Shown here: positions 39,047 to 48,786 of the stretch, piece after piece
Numbering within the stretch: position 1 is the first letter of the stretch
Layout of the letters: every line of letters starts with the position of its first letter
Assembly (NCBI GenBank): GCA_951812525.1
Contig: OX638316.1
Span: 1,064,506 to 1,128,505 of the forward strand
Source: an uncultured Poribacteria bacterium
GTDB taxonomy: Bacteria; Poribacteria; WGA-4E; WGA-3G
Length of the DNA stretch: 64,000 nucleotides
Direction: 5' to 3'
The notes under the pieces: model-generated
Database searches by the model: none
Told to the model about the DNA's origin: nothing
Seen by the model: only the letters and a program-made list of their open reading frames with translations
Program-made: the position numbers and the translations under genes

Positions 39047-41545
39047 TTAGCGATTGAATAAGAAAGAGGGACTGTTAATTAGCGCCCATAATAAGTCTTG
39101 CGCACCCACTTCCTTCGACTCAGCATTTGCGATATACTCAATCGCTACTGCATATTCGTTCTTATCCGGTAACCGAGAAAGCGTTGCGAGATATAGTTCC
39201 TCAACGAGAACCCGATCATCTTGATTCGCTTTAATGAGTTGTGCGATACGTCCTTCTGGATCGATGAGTGCCTCCGCAACCGTCGGTCCATTAATGAGAT
39301 TCATTGCGTGTGCGAGGCTGACCTCTGTGGTGCGTTCACATTCACACGAACTTTCGCGTTCAGGTCTACCAAATAACTTCAAAAATCCGTCATCTTTGAC
39401 CTTACTGTCCGGCAATTGCACGGCTCGGAATTTTTTCGGTACCTCTTCAAATCGCGGTCGGCTGTCTGTCGCAACACCGATCGCATCCAACAGCTGCTCA
39501 GCCGTCAAGCGTCTAGCGGTTGCATGCGAAAAGTTAATCGTATCAGCCTTGTTCCACTTGTTGGTTTTGATGCTCTGCTGATAGGTTCGAGAACGGGTGA
39601 TTGTCTTCATGACATGCTTCATGTCAAAACCACTGTCCACGAAGTCCTTTGTCAACGCATCAAGCAATTCAGGGTTGCTGGGTGGATTACTTGTGCGGAT
39701 ATCGTCTACAGGTTCGATAATCCCACGTCCCATGAAGTAACTCCAGATGCGGTTCACACCTGCCGTAGCAAACATCGGATTTTCTTCAGAGGTGAGCCAT
39801 TCCGCGAGCATCTCACGCTTATCGCCATGCGCTGCAACTTCTCCGAACGGGACTGAGGGTTCAACAACCGCCAAGGTTCGCGGATGTTTCACAGGCTCTG
39901 GGGTGTAATTGGCGTAGACAATTTCATCGCCGGGAAGTTGTCCTGGCTTGATTTTGACATCCGCGAAGAACGCACCAAACTCGTAGTATTGATTCTGCGT
40001 CCATTTTTCAAATGGGTGATCGTGACATTTATTACACGAGAATCGGACACCTAAGAAGAGCTGCGTCGTATTCTCCACAGCGGCAGTGTATTCACGGGAG
40101 ACACGAAAATAACTCGCTGCAGGGTTCGTGTAGGTACTACCATTAGCGGTAATCAGATCTCGCACAAATTCGTTATACGGACGATTCTCGGCGATGGCTT
40201 GATGTATCCACTGCTGGAAGAGCCAGACCCCACGTTCACCGAGGAATTTACGGTTGGACTGCAACAGATCTCCCCATTTGTGTGTCCAATGATCGACAAA
40301 CTCCGGTGTCTCAACGAGGGCATCAATGAGTTGCTCCCGTTTTGTTTTCGATGCGGTTTTGTCGCTCAGAAAACTCCGAACTTGCTTGGGGGTCGGTGGA
40401 ATACCGGTTAAATCGAAATAGATACGCCGCACAAACTCCTCATCTGTACAGAGTTCAGAAGGCAGCACCTTCATCCGTTTTAGCTTATTGTGAACGTGCG
40501 TATCAATGTAGTTGTATTCCGCTGTCTTAACCCACTTGTAGCCACTCCTGTCGCCCATCACAAACATGTTGTTTGTGCTATAGGCACCTTCATAGCGGGT
40601 GAGGATAGAGGTTTCACCGCGGCGTTCTGCGGTTACGACACCTTCGTCTGTGACATTTGCCACTTCATTGCTGCTACTTGTGAATTTCGCCTCACGGGTG
40701 ACATCCCGCGTTGTCCCATCTGAATAGTGTGCGATGACTATAAGTTGTTGTTTCATACCGGGCATCGCGAGTTCAGCGGAATCGGGGACAACTTCTAATC
40801 TTTGCACGCGTTGCGTCGTCGCAACATCAGGGATAGCACCTTCGGCAATCCACTGATGCATGACACTATAGTCTCGATCTCCTGGGACAAATACCTGCCC
40901 GCCTTTGTGTGGCACTTCCGATGTCGGTTTTAGCAACATCAGACTCTGTTCGGGGAATGCTCTGTTGAAGCGGCGTCCAGATATATCTTCAATTAAGAGC
41001 TCATAATCAAAATCAGGATCGTAGCCACGAAGTGAGAGTTTGAATCCATTTTTGCCTTTCGCTGCACCGTGGCACGTTCCGTTATTACATCCAGCATGGC
41101 TCAGAACAGGCATGACATCTCGTACGAAACTAACGGGCGGTGCCTCCATGCTTTTGACATTCACGGGTAATTCGGTACGCATGCCTTTGACGCTAACGCC
41201 AATTTTCGTTGTGCCAACTGTCATCGGGAAGATATAGCCATCTTCATGTACCTTCACACCGGCGGTGGCTGGCGTCAACACAGCCCACGGTGTTACATCT
41301 ACCCATGTGCCATCTTTTGTCTTACCTGACACGAGCACACGTCTACCATCGCGTGCGTGCTCCAATGTCAACGACTCCGGATGAACCCTCAACTCCGTTA
41401 AAGCGACGCTTGCAAGCCAATCTTGCTCCGTCGGAACCTCTGCACTTGCGGTTTGCTCCACCCGATCCCATCCCGTCAATTGGAATGCGAAGCAGACAAA
41501 ACATACAACAAGGAGTGTTGTTACAAAGTTAAACCTGGGTTTCAT
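39047..41545 (-). CDS. DUF1549/DUF1553 (PSD1) protein with Ig-like Big_2 domains
   Basis: SFVRDVMPVL, GCNNGTCHG, FVRRIYFDLTGIPP, CNKCHDHP, NRIW..MGRGIIEPVDD, RRLTAEQ, FGRPERESSCECER. Confidence 0.9.
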   Translation of the reverse strand: MKPRFNFVTTLLVVCFVCFAFQLTGWDRVEQTASAEVPTEQDWLASVALTELRVHPESLTLEHARDGRRVLVSGKTKDGTWVDVTPWAVLTPATAGVKVHEDGYIFPMTVGTTKIGVSVKGMRTELPVNVKSMEAPPVSFVRDVMPVLSHAGCNNGTCHGAAKGKNGFKLSLRGYDPDFDYELLIEDISGRRFNRAFPEQSLMLLKPTSEVPHKGGQVFVPGDRDYSVMHQWIAEGAIPDVATTQRVQRLEVVPDSAELAMPGMKQQLIVIAHYSDGTTRDVTREAKFTSSSNEVANVTDEGVVTAERRGETSILTRYEGAYSTNNMFVMGDRSGYKWVKTAEYNYIDTHVHNKLKRMKVLPSELCTDEEFVRRIYFDLTGIPPTPKQVRSFLSDKTASKTKREQLIDALVETPEFVDHWTHKWGDLLQSNRKFLGERGVWLFQQWIHQAIAENRPYNEFVRDLITANGSTYTNPAASYFRVSREYTAAVENTTQLFLGVRFSCNKCHDHPFEKWTQNQYYEFGAFFADVKIKPGQLPGDEIVYANYTPEPVKHPRTLAVVEPSVPFGEVAAHGDKREMLAEWLTSEENPMFATAGVNRIWSYFMGRGIIEPVDDIRTSNPPSNPELLDALTKDFVDSGFDMKHVMKTITRSRTYQQSIKTNKWNKADTINFSHATARRLTAEQLLDAIGVATDSRPRFEEVPKKFRAVQLPDSKVKDDGFLKLFGRPERESSCECERTTEVSLAHAMNLINGPTVAEALIDPEGRIAQLIKANQDDRVLVEELYLATLSRLPDKNEYAVAIEYIANAESKEVGAQDLLWALINSPSFLFNR

Positions 41546-41775
41546 CAAAAACTCGGCGTGAGACCTCCGACTGTAGCAACAGAGGAAACGCCGTCCTCCT
41601 TAAATCTGATTTTTTAGCGATTGGGTTTTCGCTAAGTTATTCTCCATTGTTGAAAAACGCGTTCTACCTATATTCATAGCAAAGTGAGAAAATCTGACCA
41701 TGGTAATGAAATCTCTAATTGTCGTTAGTATCCAGTAACTTATCATATTATCTGCAATGATTCTGTATTAAGAGC

Positions 41776-42687
41776 TTACGCGAGATCCCAGAGCAGTACA
41801 ATGTCATCATCGCCCCCACTGGCGAGGACACGCCCGTCAGAAGCATAGGCGACATGTCTGACACTGCTCGTATGCCCTGTAAGTACACCTTTAGGTTCTC
41901 CTGTCTCAGCATCCCATAAACGGATGGTATTGTCGTTCCCACCACTCGCGATGGTTTTACCGTCATGCGAGTAAGCGACGCTCCAGACATAACCCGCATG
42001 TCCTGTAAGCGTCGTTATTAAACTTCTTTTGTCCGTACTCCACAACCGAATTGTGCCGTCAACACTGCCACTCACAAGGGTCTCTCCATCAGGCGAATAG
42101 GCAACCGAATTGACAATGTGTGTATGTCCCTCAAGTGTTGCTCTGTGTTTTCCGGTAGCAGCGTCCCATAATAACAGAGTGTCGTCCCCAGTTCCAGCGG
42201 CGAGAGTGTTCCCATTGGGCGAGAATTTAACACATCTGATAGAGTCTGCGTGCCCTTTGAGTGTGTCTTTAGCCTCTCCGGTGGCGGCATCCCACAACCA
42301 CACCGTTCCATCAGTACTCCCACTGGCGACGGTGGCACCGTCTGGGGCATACGTAACACTCCTAACAGCGTCTGTATGTCCTGTAAGCGTCGCTGTCGGA
42401 GATCCACCGATTGCGTCCCATAGAACAACCGTATTGTCTATACTTCCGCTGGCGATCGCACTGCCGTCAGGCGAAAAGGCGACACATCTAACGTACTCCT
42501 TGTGTTCAACAAGGAGGTTAAGTCCAAGTCCGGTGTCTACATCGTAGATCCAGACCCCGATGTCACACGCGACCGCGAGTTGCGTTCCATCGGACGAGAA
42601 TGCTATATCTCCAGTTAGGTTTCCCTGATCAAGACGTGCTTTGACGCCTTCAGGTAGATTCGATTGTGTGTCTGTTTGTGTGTTCAT
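41776..42687 (-). CDS. WD40 repeat protein
   Basis: About 7 GH...SPDG..ASG..D.T..LWD repeats; LPEGVKARL N-terminal motif. Confidence 0.9.
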   Translation of the reverse strand: MNTQTDTQSNLPEGVKARLDQGNLTGDIAFSSDGTQLAVACDIGVWIYDVDTGLGLNLLVEHKEYVRCVAFSPDGSAIASGSIDNTVVLWDAIGGSPTATLTGHTDAVRSVTYAPDGATVASGSTDGTVWLWDAATGEAKDTLKGHADSIRCVKFSPNGNTLAAGTGDDTLLLWDAATGKHRATLEGHTHIVNSVAYSPDGETLVSGSVDGTIRLWSTDKRSLITTLTGHAGYVWSVAYSHDGKTIASGGNDNTIRLWDAETGEPKGVLTGHTSSVRHVAYASDGRVLASGGDDDIVLLWDLA

Positions 42688-42792
42688 AATTTCCAATAAT
42701 TTCCAATAAATAATTTAATAATTTTTTAAAATGTCCGTTTTAGCATAACTGCAAACTAAAACTTGCTATTACTAATGTTCGATATCTTCGTG

Positions 42793-42878
42793 TAATTATG
42801 ACGGTTTATCGGAGTATTTCACAGGTATAATTGTAACGGTTTATCGGGGCATTTCATAGGTATAATTATGACGGTTTA
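42793..42878. repeat. 35-bp tandem repeat (about 2.5 copies)
   Basis: Units begin at 42793, 42828 and 42863: TAATT(A/G)T(G/A)ACGGTTTATCGG(A/G)G(T/C)ATTTCA(C/T)AGGTA. Confidence 0.85.
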
Positions 42879-42982
42879 AACGTCACAGTGACGTAGAAAA
42901 ATCAAGTAAGACGTGAGAATGTGCCGTTTTTTGCATTTTTCATCGGTGTCAAGTTGTCAGATTCGCGGGAAAACACCTCACG

Positions 42983-43840
42983 CTATTTCTGATTCTTTAA
43001 CTCCCCCCATATTATCGGCAATTTACTACTGGCGGAGACATCTGCGAATTCCGATTCACTTGCCAACCAATTGATAACGTTTTCGGTAAGCTGCTCCAAT
43101 TGGTCAATATCTTTGTTGTTCTTATGATAATTTGGGAGTCTCCAGTTCATGTTGAAGACTTTCCCTTTACCAGCCTCCCAATAGCCGAACGCTGCAATCC
43201 GATCGCCCCAATCGTTAGCAGGTGGTCCCCAAGCATTAGCAAGTGTAATAAAATCTTTCCAAATCTTGTCGTAATAGTCGCCGCTCTTTGGATAGCCTGT
43301 GGAATTAACTTGAATTCTATCGTCTTCCTGAGGGTCTTTCTTGTCAACACTCTTGAGTCCTTCTGTTAATCCTAACGCAATCGTCTCTTTTAGGACAGTA
43401 ATACCGACCGCAATACCGTCTTCTGCGACGGGACCGAATTGGCGTGCCTCCGCTTTTTCAAGTCCGAAGTTAGTTGCGTGACGGATCGCCCACCCCGTTA
43501 AGAGAACAGCTCCTCCGCTTTCGGCGTAGTCTAAAAAAGCATTAATTTCCGGGTCGGACAATTCACCCGGATCGGTATCACCTTCATGCCACCAAATAAC
43601 CCCGAACTGTTTGAATTTGTCGCTCTTCAAATCTGCTTTCGCGAGTAACTCTGTATTGAATGCCTCTTCAGCAAATTCCAACGCCGGTGCCGTGAACGGA
43701 CCATTATCGCCGAGATAGATGAACCCAAGTTCTACCGCAGCATTGCTTATATTTATACCAAAAATGAAAAGAAATGTCAAACAAAATACGATTGGGCGAA
43801 ACTTGTAAGCCAAATCTTGCGATTTAAAAGTCCGTTCCAT
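42983..43840 (-). CDS. Secreted hypothetical protein (possible ThuA/class-I GATase-like fold) with KLPIIWGELK tail
   Basis: Signal peptide; FLDYAESGGAVLLTG, GKGKV, LTENVINWL. Confidence 0.7.
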   Translation of the reverse strand: MERTFKSQDLAYKFRPIVFCLTFLFIFGINISNAAVELGFIYLGDNGPFTAPALEFAEEAFNTELLAKADLKSDKFKQFGVIWWHEGDTDPGELSDPEINAFLDYAESGGAVLLTGWAIRHATNFGLEKAEARQFGPVAEDGIAVGITVLKETIALGLTEGLKSVDKKDPQEDDRIQVNSTGYPKSGDYYDKIWKDFITLANAWGPPANDWGDRIAAFGYWEAGKGKVFNMNWRLPNYHKNNKDIDQLEQLTENVINWLASESEFADVSASSKLPIIWGELKNQK

Positions 43841-43901
43841 GCTCTTCTCCTATCTGTTGATGCAACGTGGCGTGCGAACGCTTGCATACCGACTTCGATT
43901 G

Positions 43902-44699
43902 TTACTCAGATGGCAGAGAATTCGAGTCGTTGCGGTATTCGAGAAGGCGTTCATTTGCGGCTTTCACAAAACTCGGTTCAACCTCAAATCCGATGAAATC
44001 TCGTTCATGCCGCTTACAGATCACTGGACAGGTGCCTACGCCTGCAAAGGGATCCAGAACCAGATCGCCCGGTGATGAACTCGCCAAAACAATCCGCTCG
44101 ATTAACCTTTCGGGCTTCTGGATTGTGTTGAGTGCCTTTCTGCTGACCAATTCCTTTGATTTGTAGGTTAGTTGTTTTATATCTCCCCAAACATCGCCCG
44201 GATTTTTGCCTTTTGGATTGTACTTAGTCTTGCCAAACTTACCGTTGGTTACAGACGGCACATTCTCACACCGATTCCGATGTGCCAACTCAACAAGTTG
44301 GGCAACTCTAATAGCATCTAAGTTATAACACTGCGGTCTTTTGCCCTTAATGAAATAGCAGATAATGTCATAATTGTTGGTGTAATTGATGCGTCCCTGC
44401 GCGAGCCGACTCGGTTGATACCAGACAATCTTTGAACGGAGATTTAAAAACCGCCGGTAGTCTATAAAGTCGATGCAGTCCGGCTTACCAAAGAGATAAA
44501 GTGCGCCACCGTCCTTGAGTTTCGGTGCAAAACTTTCGATAAGTGTAAGATTAAATTCCTGAATTGACGGAATCCCGTCCCACGATTTTCCTGTCACACC
44601 ATACGGTCCATCACACACAACCAAATCTACAGAGGTGTCTTCTATCTCTTTGAGTAGATTAAAGGTGTCGCCACAATGGATGGTGTTGCGTTCAAGCAT
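43902..44699 (-). CDS. Orphan beta-class N4-C/N6-A DNA methyltransferase
   Basis: DLVVCDGPY (DPPY variant) precedes QKPERLIERIV...VLDPFAGVGT...FIGFE. Confidence 0.85.
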   Translation of the reverse strand: MLERNTIHCGDTFNLLKEIEDTSVDLVVCDGPYGVTGKSWDGIPSIQEFNLTLIESFAPKLKDGGALYLFGKPDCIDFIDYRRFLNLRSKIVWYQPSRLAQGRINYTNNYDIICYFIKGKRPQCYNLDAIRVAQLVELAHRNRCENVPSVTNGKFGKTKYNPKGKNPGDVWGDIKQLTYKSKELVSRKALNTIQKPERLIERIVLASSSPGDLVLDPFAGVGTCPVICKRHERDFIGFEVEPSFVKAANERLLEYRNDSNSLPSE

Positions 44700-44724
44700 A
44701 ATATCGTGAACTGTCCTTGTACGT

Positions 44725-46173
44725 TTACATCGGTCCCACCCGACGTGGTCCTATGTCCATAGCAAACATAGATGCATCAAAATTGCGTTTTAGCAATTCT
44801 GTTTTGATGTCTTGCTTCGCAGGTGTATGCCAGAGATTGTTAAACTCGTCCGGGTCATCAACGAGGTCGTAGAGTTCACCTTCATCGTGCCCGTGATATA
44901 CTGCCAATTTGTAACGCTCATCTCGGTACATCGTTGCGAAAGAGTGATCCGGCAGATCAACTGCATCGTAGTATTCGCATCGGACAAAGTCACGGTGATA
45001 GTCTGCATCCGCCTCGCCTCGGAGAATGGGTAGCAGCGATCGCCCGTGCATTCCGTCGGGGACCGGGACCCCTGCTAATTCTAAAAGGGTCGGTGCTTTA
45101 TCAACGAGTTCAACAAGGGCGTTGCTCTTCAAACCGCTCACAAATTGCCCGGGCCATGCGAAAATCAGTGGCACTCTGACTAAACCTTCATAAAACCGAC
45201 AGCCTTTTTGTATTAATCCGTGATCGCCGAGTGTCTCACCGTGGTCGCTTGTAAAGATGATAACCGTGTTTTCTCGTTGTCCTGTCTCTTCCAACGTTTC
45301 GAGGATCCTGCCCAACTGCTCATCAATAAGCTGAATCATGGCATAGTAGGCGGCTTTAAGCGTTTTGGCATCCCTTGCCCCGATAGCCTCCGTTTCCTGA
45401 CGCGGTGTCTGCGGTAAGATCGGGCTACGGATGTCTAATTCATCTGGTGTACGTACCTTGGACTGAAAGTCGACGGCTTGTAATCGGGTCTGTTGTTCAA
45501 GATCGCTATCTCGGAAAAGCGGTTCCGGCATTTCCGCTGGATCAAATTGTTCTCGATGTGTCTGCGGCGGATTGAAGGGTGGATGCGGATCGTAAATGTT
45601 AACGCTTGCGAGCCACGGACCATCGCGTTCCTCACGGATAAACGCAATCGTTTTCTCGGCACACCAAGTTGTCTGATGTAATTCTGCAGGTACGCCTTCG
45701 GGATTCCGATTCAGCTCGCCGAGTATATATCCTTTTGAACGGACCCAATCTGCGTAGTCATGTCCGTGTTCCCAGTCATCACGTGGAGCATGGCTGTATT
45801 GCCAGTAGCGATATCCATCGTCCGCGCGCGGTTCCACGCGACGGTAAGCACTTGCGAGATGGAGTTTGCCAATTAGCCCACAATCATAACCGATGTTGGC
45901 GAGGGTGCGTGTCACAAGCGGATACGCTGCTGGAAAAAAATCGTTTCCATTACGAAGCGTATGCGTTGCGCCGGGATACATACCCGTAAGAAAACTCGCT
46001 CGGCTCGGTGTACAGATAGGGCTTTGACAATAGGCATGTGTGAACGCTACGCCTTCCGCGACTAAATCATCAATGTGCGGTGTCGATACATACGGATTGC
46101 CTAATGCACCGATTGTATCGTAACGTTGCTGATCTGTGCAAACCCAGAGTATATTGGGTGCCTTAGCAGCCAT
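44725..46173 (-). CDS. Sulfatase (Cys-type formylglycine)
   Basis: PNILWVCTDQ, CTPSRASFLTG, GKLH, TSDHG, ELYDL..DPDE. Confidence 0.93.
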   Translation of the reverse strand: MAAKAPNILWVCTDQQRYDTIGALGNPYVSTPHIDDLVAEGVAFTHAYCQSPICTPSRASFLTGMYPGATHTLRNGNDFFPAAYPLVTRTLANIGYDCGLIGKLHLASAYRRVEPRADDGYRYWQYSHAPRDDWEHGHDYADWVRSKGYILGELNRNPEGVPAELHQTTWCAEKTIAFIREERDGPWLASVNIYDPHPPFNPPQTHREQFDPAEMPEPLFRDSDLEQQTRLQAVDFQSKVRTPDELDIRSPILPQTPRQETEAIGARDAKTLKAAYYAMIQLIDEQLGRILETLEETGQRENTVIIFTSDHGETLGDHGLIQKGCRFYEGLVRVPLIFAWPGQFVSGLKSNALVELVDKAPTLLELAGVPVPDGMHGRSLLPILRGEADADYHRDFVRCEYYDAVDLPDHSFATMYRDERYKLAVYHGHDEGELYDLVDDPDEFNNLWHTPAKQDIKTELLKRNFDASMFAMDIGPRRVGPM

Positions 46174-46194
46174 CCATTAGCCTCTTTGTGCGTG

Positions 46195-47793
46195 CTATTT
46201 AGTCGTCGCGCTAAACCCGGCCTCTTTAACGATGTTGGCGAGGTCAGCGGCAGTGGCGGTATTCTTGCGGACTTTAATGATTGCCTGATTAGGGAGAGAA
46301 ACTTCAACGCTGATAACGCTTTCGTGTTGTGTAAGTGCACCCTGCACTTTTGCGACACAAGCACCTCACGTCATGCCTGTCACAACCAAAGCGACATCCT
46401 CGCTGCCCGCCGGCTCAATCGGTACAGACATAAAGGCGTTCAGTAGTTTTCCGGAAGCGGTGTCAAATATCCGAATCTTCCCGTCGAAACCGCCCGTAGC
46501 GAGTTGTTTGCCATCAGGATGGAACGAGACTGCGAAGACCCCAACCGCATCGCCCTGCATTGATGCCAAGCGCTTCCCGTCTTCTACGTTGTAGACACGC
46601 GCTTCGCCACCTGTGCAGCCGGTAGCAAAATGACTGCCGTCTGCTGAAAATGCGTAACCTTCAATTGAACCCGATTGCGCTTCATAGGCTTGGATGAGGT
46701 TAAAGTCAGTGTTGCCGACATCCCTTCGGATCTCGCGAAAAATTTTGTAAAGCCGTGGTATCCGATCTTCACCACCACTTAGCACCTGGTCTTTAGTCGG
46801 GTGTCGTGCGATGGTATTGATTTCGCCGTAACCTTTGTTACTGGAGTTGATGTCGTCAACAAAAGAGCCTGTGTTTACTTCAACTAATTTGAGAGCGGTA
46901 TCCCGTCCGGCACTCACGAAATGCGACCCATCAGTGGAGAAAATTGTCCCGAAGACCCAATCGCTGTGGTTATCGAATTTAATGAGTTCCTTTTCATCTG
47001 CAACGGAGAGCACACGCACAGTTTGATCTGAACATCCGAAAGCGATGCGGCTGGCATCTGGTGAGAAAGAGAGTCCGTACACGGTGTCATAACTGGAACG
47101 CATCGTTTTGATTAGGGTATTCGTTGCGGTATCCCAGAGTTGTATTTCGCCAAACTGCGCTGGTGAGCCACCTGCTACCCCTAATATCTTTCCATCCGTC
47201 GTATAAGTGAGCGATTCTATACGATGCGCTTTGCCGACCAAGCGCGCTTTGAGTTCAAAATTCGTTGTATCATACAATAAAACTTCGCGGAATCCTGAAA
47301 CTGCAAGCGTGCTGCCGTCGGGTGAATATGCGATAGCTGAGATCACAGGGGGTACTGTGTAGGTTGGATAGTTTCCTTCACCCATGTCATCGACTTCATC
47401 GGGTGTGTCATCGTTCGCGCCTTCAAGGATCCAACGTCGGAAAAGTTCTACTTCCTCAAGCGTGAGCGGTTCTTGATTCTGCGGCATTGCCGGTTCATCA
47501 CCAGAGATGAGTTTAATGATGAGACTTTCATCGGGTTTTCTTGTGATGATTGCCTCTCCCGCCATACCGCCCCGTTTTAGGTCGGCGTAGGTTGTCACAA
47601 TCAGGTCGCCATTCGGATCACCAGGGTGATGGCATCCTTGACAACTCCGTTTGAGAATGGGGACAATTTGTGCGTGGTAACTGACTGCTGAACCTGAAGC
47701 ATGATTGTCCGCAGTTACAAACGGGCTCCATACTACAAAACAGAACAGGGACACTGCTAAATGAATTATAAACCTCGATCGCGATTTATTCAT
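46195..47793 (-). CDS. Exported Planctomycete-type cytochrome c + WD40 + C-terminal HMA domain protein; probable selenoprotein (TGA at 46366-46368 read as Sec)
   Basis: GGGAGG SD; signal peptide; CQGCH...AMP...WILEGA; WD40 blades. VVTGMT-[TGA]-GACVAKVQGAL...EAGF continues 56 codons to TAG at 46195. Confidence 0.8.
46324..46365 (-). promoter_or_regulatory. Putative bacterial SECIS element
   Basis: UGA-GGUGC-UUGUGU-CGCAA-AAGUGCA-GGG-UGCACUU-ACACAA-CAC: two stacked stems with a G-rich apical loop about 24 nt after UGA. Confidence 0.7.
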
Positions 47794-47877
47794 ATTGTCG
47801 AAAACCTCCCACCCGTTACGGTGCGGTTCTATAATAAGCTGCGCCAAGAATGTCGTGGTTAACATATTTTTGCAATA

Positions 47878-47907
47878 ATTATATCACATTTTCACAATGA
47901 AATTCAA
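47878..47907 (-). promoter_or_regulatory. Putative sigma70 promoter for the cytochrome c/WD40/HMA gene
   Basis: TTGAAT-N18-TATAAT on the minus strand. Confidence 0.5.
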
Positions 47908-47934
47908 GAAAAAAATCGTGTCAAATATTTCCGG

Positions 47935-47963
47935 TTGACATCTGTTGAAATATAGGATATACT
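47935..47963 (+). promoter_or_regulatory. sigma70 promoter for yceI
   Basis: TTGACA-N17-TATACT. Confidence 0.7.
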
Positions 47964-48024
47964 TCTTTTGGCTAGTATGAAGGCAATATACTCTTAGGAA
48001 ATATAATTTAAGGAGATTTTTTTC

Positions 48025-48642
48025 ATGAAAACAGATTTAGGACGTAAACCACAGATTTCCTACATTGGAGGTCTCGTCTTAGCGTTACTCATCATCGGTT
48101 TCACTCACAGCGGACAGCTCGCAGACGCGGCGAACGCGTATGAAATTGACACTGCCCATTCAATGATAATCTTTCGCGCAAAACACAAAGGTATCACTTA
48201 TAACTACGGCAGGTTTAATGAGTTCACCGGCGGGATCACGATGGATGAAACCGATATATCCAAAAGCACCGTGGAATTTGAAGTAAAAACGGCAAGTGTT
48301 GATACTGCCAACAACAAACGCGATCAGCACCTCAGAAGCCCCGACTTTTTCAGCGCGAAGCAGTTTCCGGTCATTACCTTCAAAAGCACATCGGTAAGCA
48401 TGAAGGAAGGAAAAGAAGATGTGCTGGCGGTTACGGGTGATCTTGAACTACTCGGCGTTAAGAAATCTATCACAGTAGATGTTGCAATTACAGGAAAAGG
48501 CACAGGACAACAGGGAGAATCTGTGATCGGATTCGAGAGCGTCTTTACGATTAAGCGGAGCGAATTCGGCATGACTTACGGGGCAGCAGCAGTCAGCGAC
48601 GATATCCGCCTTACCGTTACCATTGAAGCGAAGCAGAAATAG
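48025..48642 (+). CDS. yceI: YceI family (polyisoprenoid-binding) protein
   Basis: YEIDTAHS, GRFNEFTG, SVDTAN.KRDQHLRSPDFF, IKRSEFGM. Confidence 0.9.
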   Translation: MKTDLGRKPQISYIGGLVLALLIIGFTHSGQLADAANAYEIDTAHSMIIFRAKHKGITYNYGRFNEFTGGITMDETDISKSTVEFEVKTASVDTANNKRDQHLRSPDFFSAKQFPVITFKSTSVSMKEGKEDVLAVTGDLELLGVKKSITVDVAITGKGTGQQGESVIGFESVFTIKRSEFGMTYGAAAVSDDIRLTVTIEAKQK

Positions 48643-48786
48643 AAATACCTACGGGTCACCAAACTGGGTAAACAGCTTTTGAGGTAGTATTAGAGTGACG
48701 TATGAATAGACTTTATACGTCCCGATTTACTGTTGGCGTGCTTTTTAAGCGCGCCATCCCATAAAGCACATAGTAGGATAGCAGCA

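Noticed and set aside
42793-42878. CRISPR array
   Set aside because: The repeats are head-to-tail with no unique spacers, and there are no cas genes.
46101-46364. 87-aa ORF downstream of the cytochrome c-WD40 gene
   Set aside because: It overlaps the sulfatase start and has no motif. The UGA read-through frame encoding an HMA domain explains the region better.
46366-46368. Genome-wide TGA reassignment (code 4 or 25)
   Set aside because: TGA is used as a real stop elsewhere (ATGA overlap at 6080-6083, Rieske, ctaA) and conserved Trp residues use TGG.
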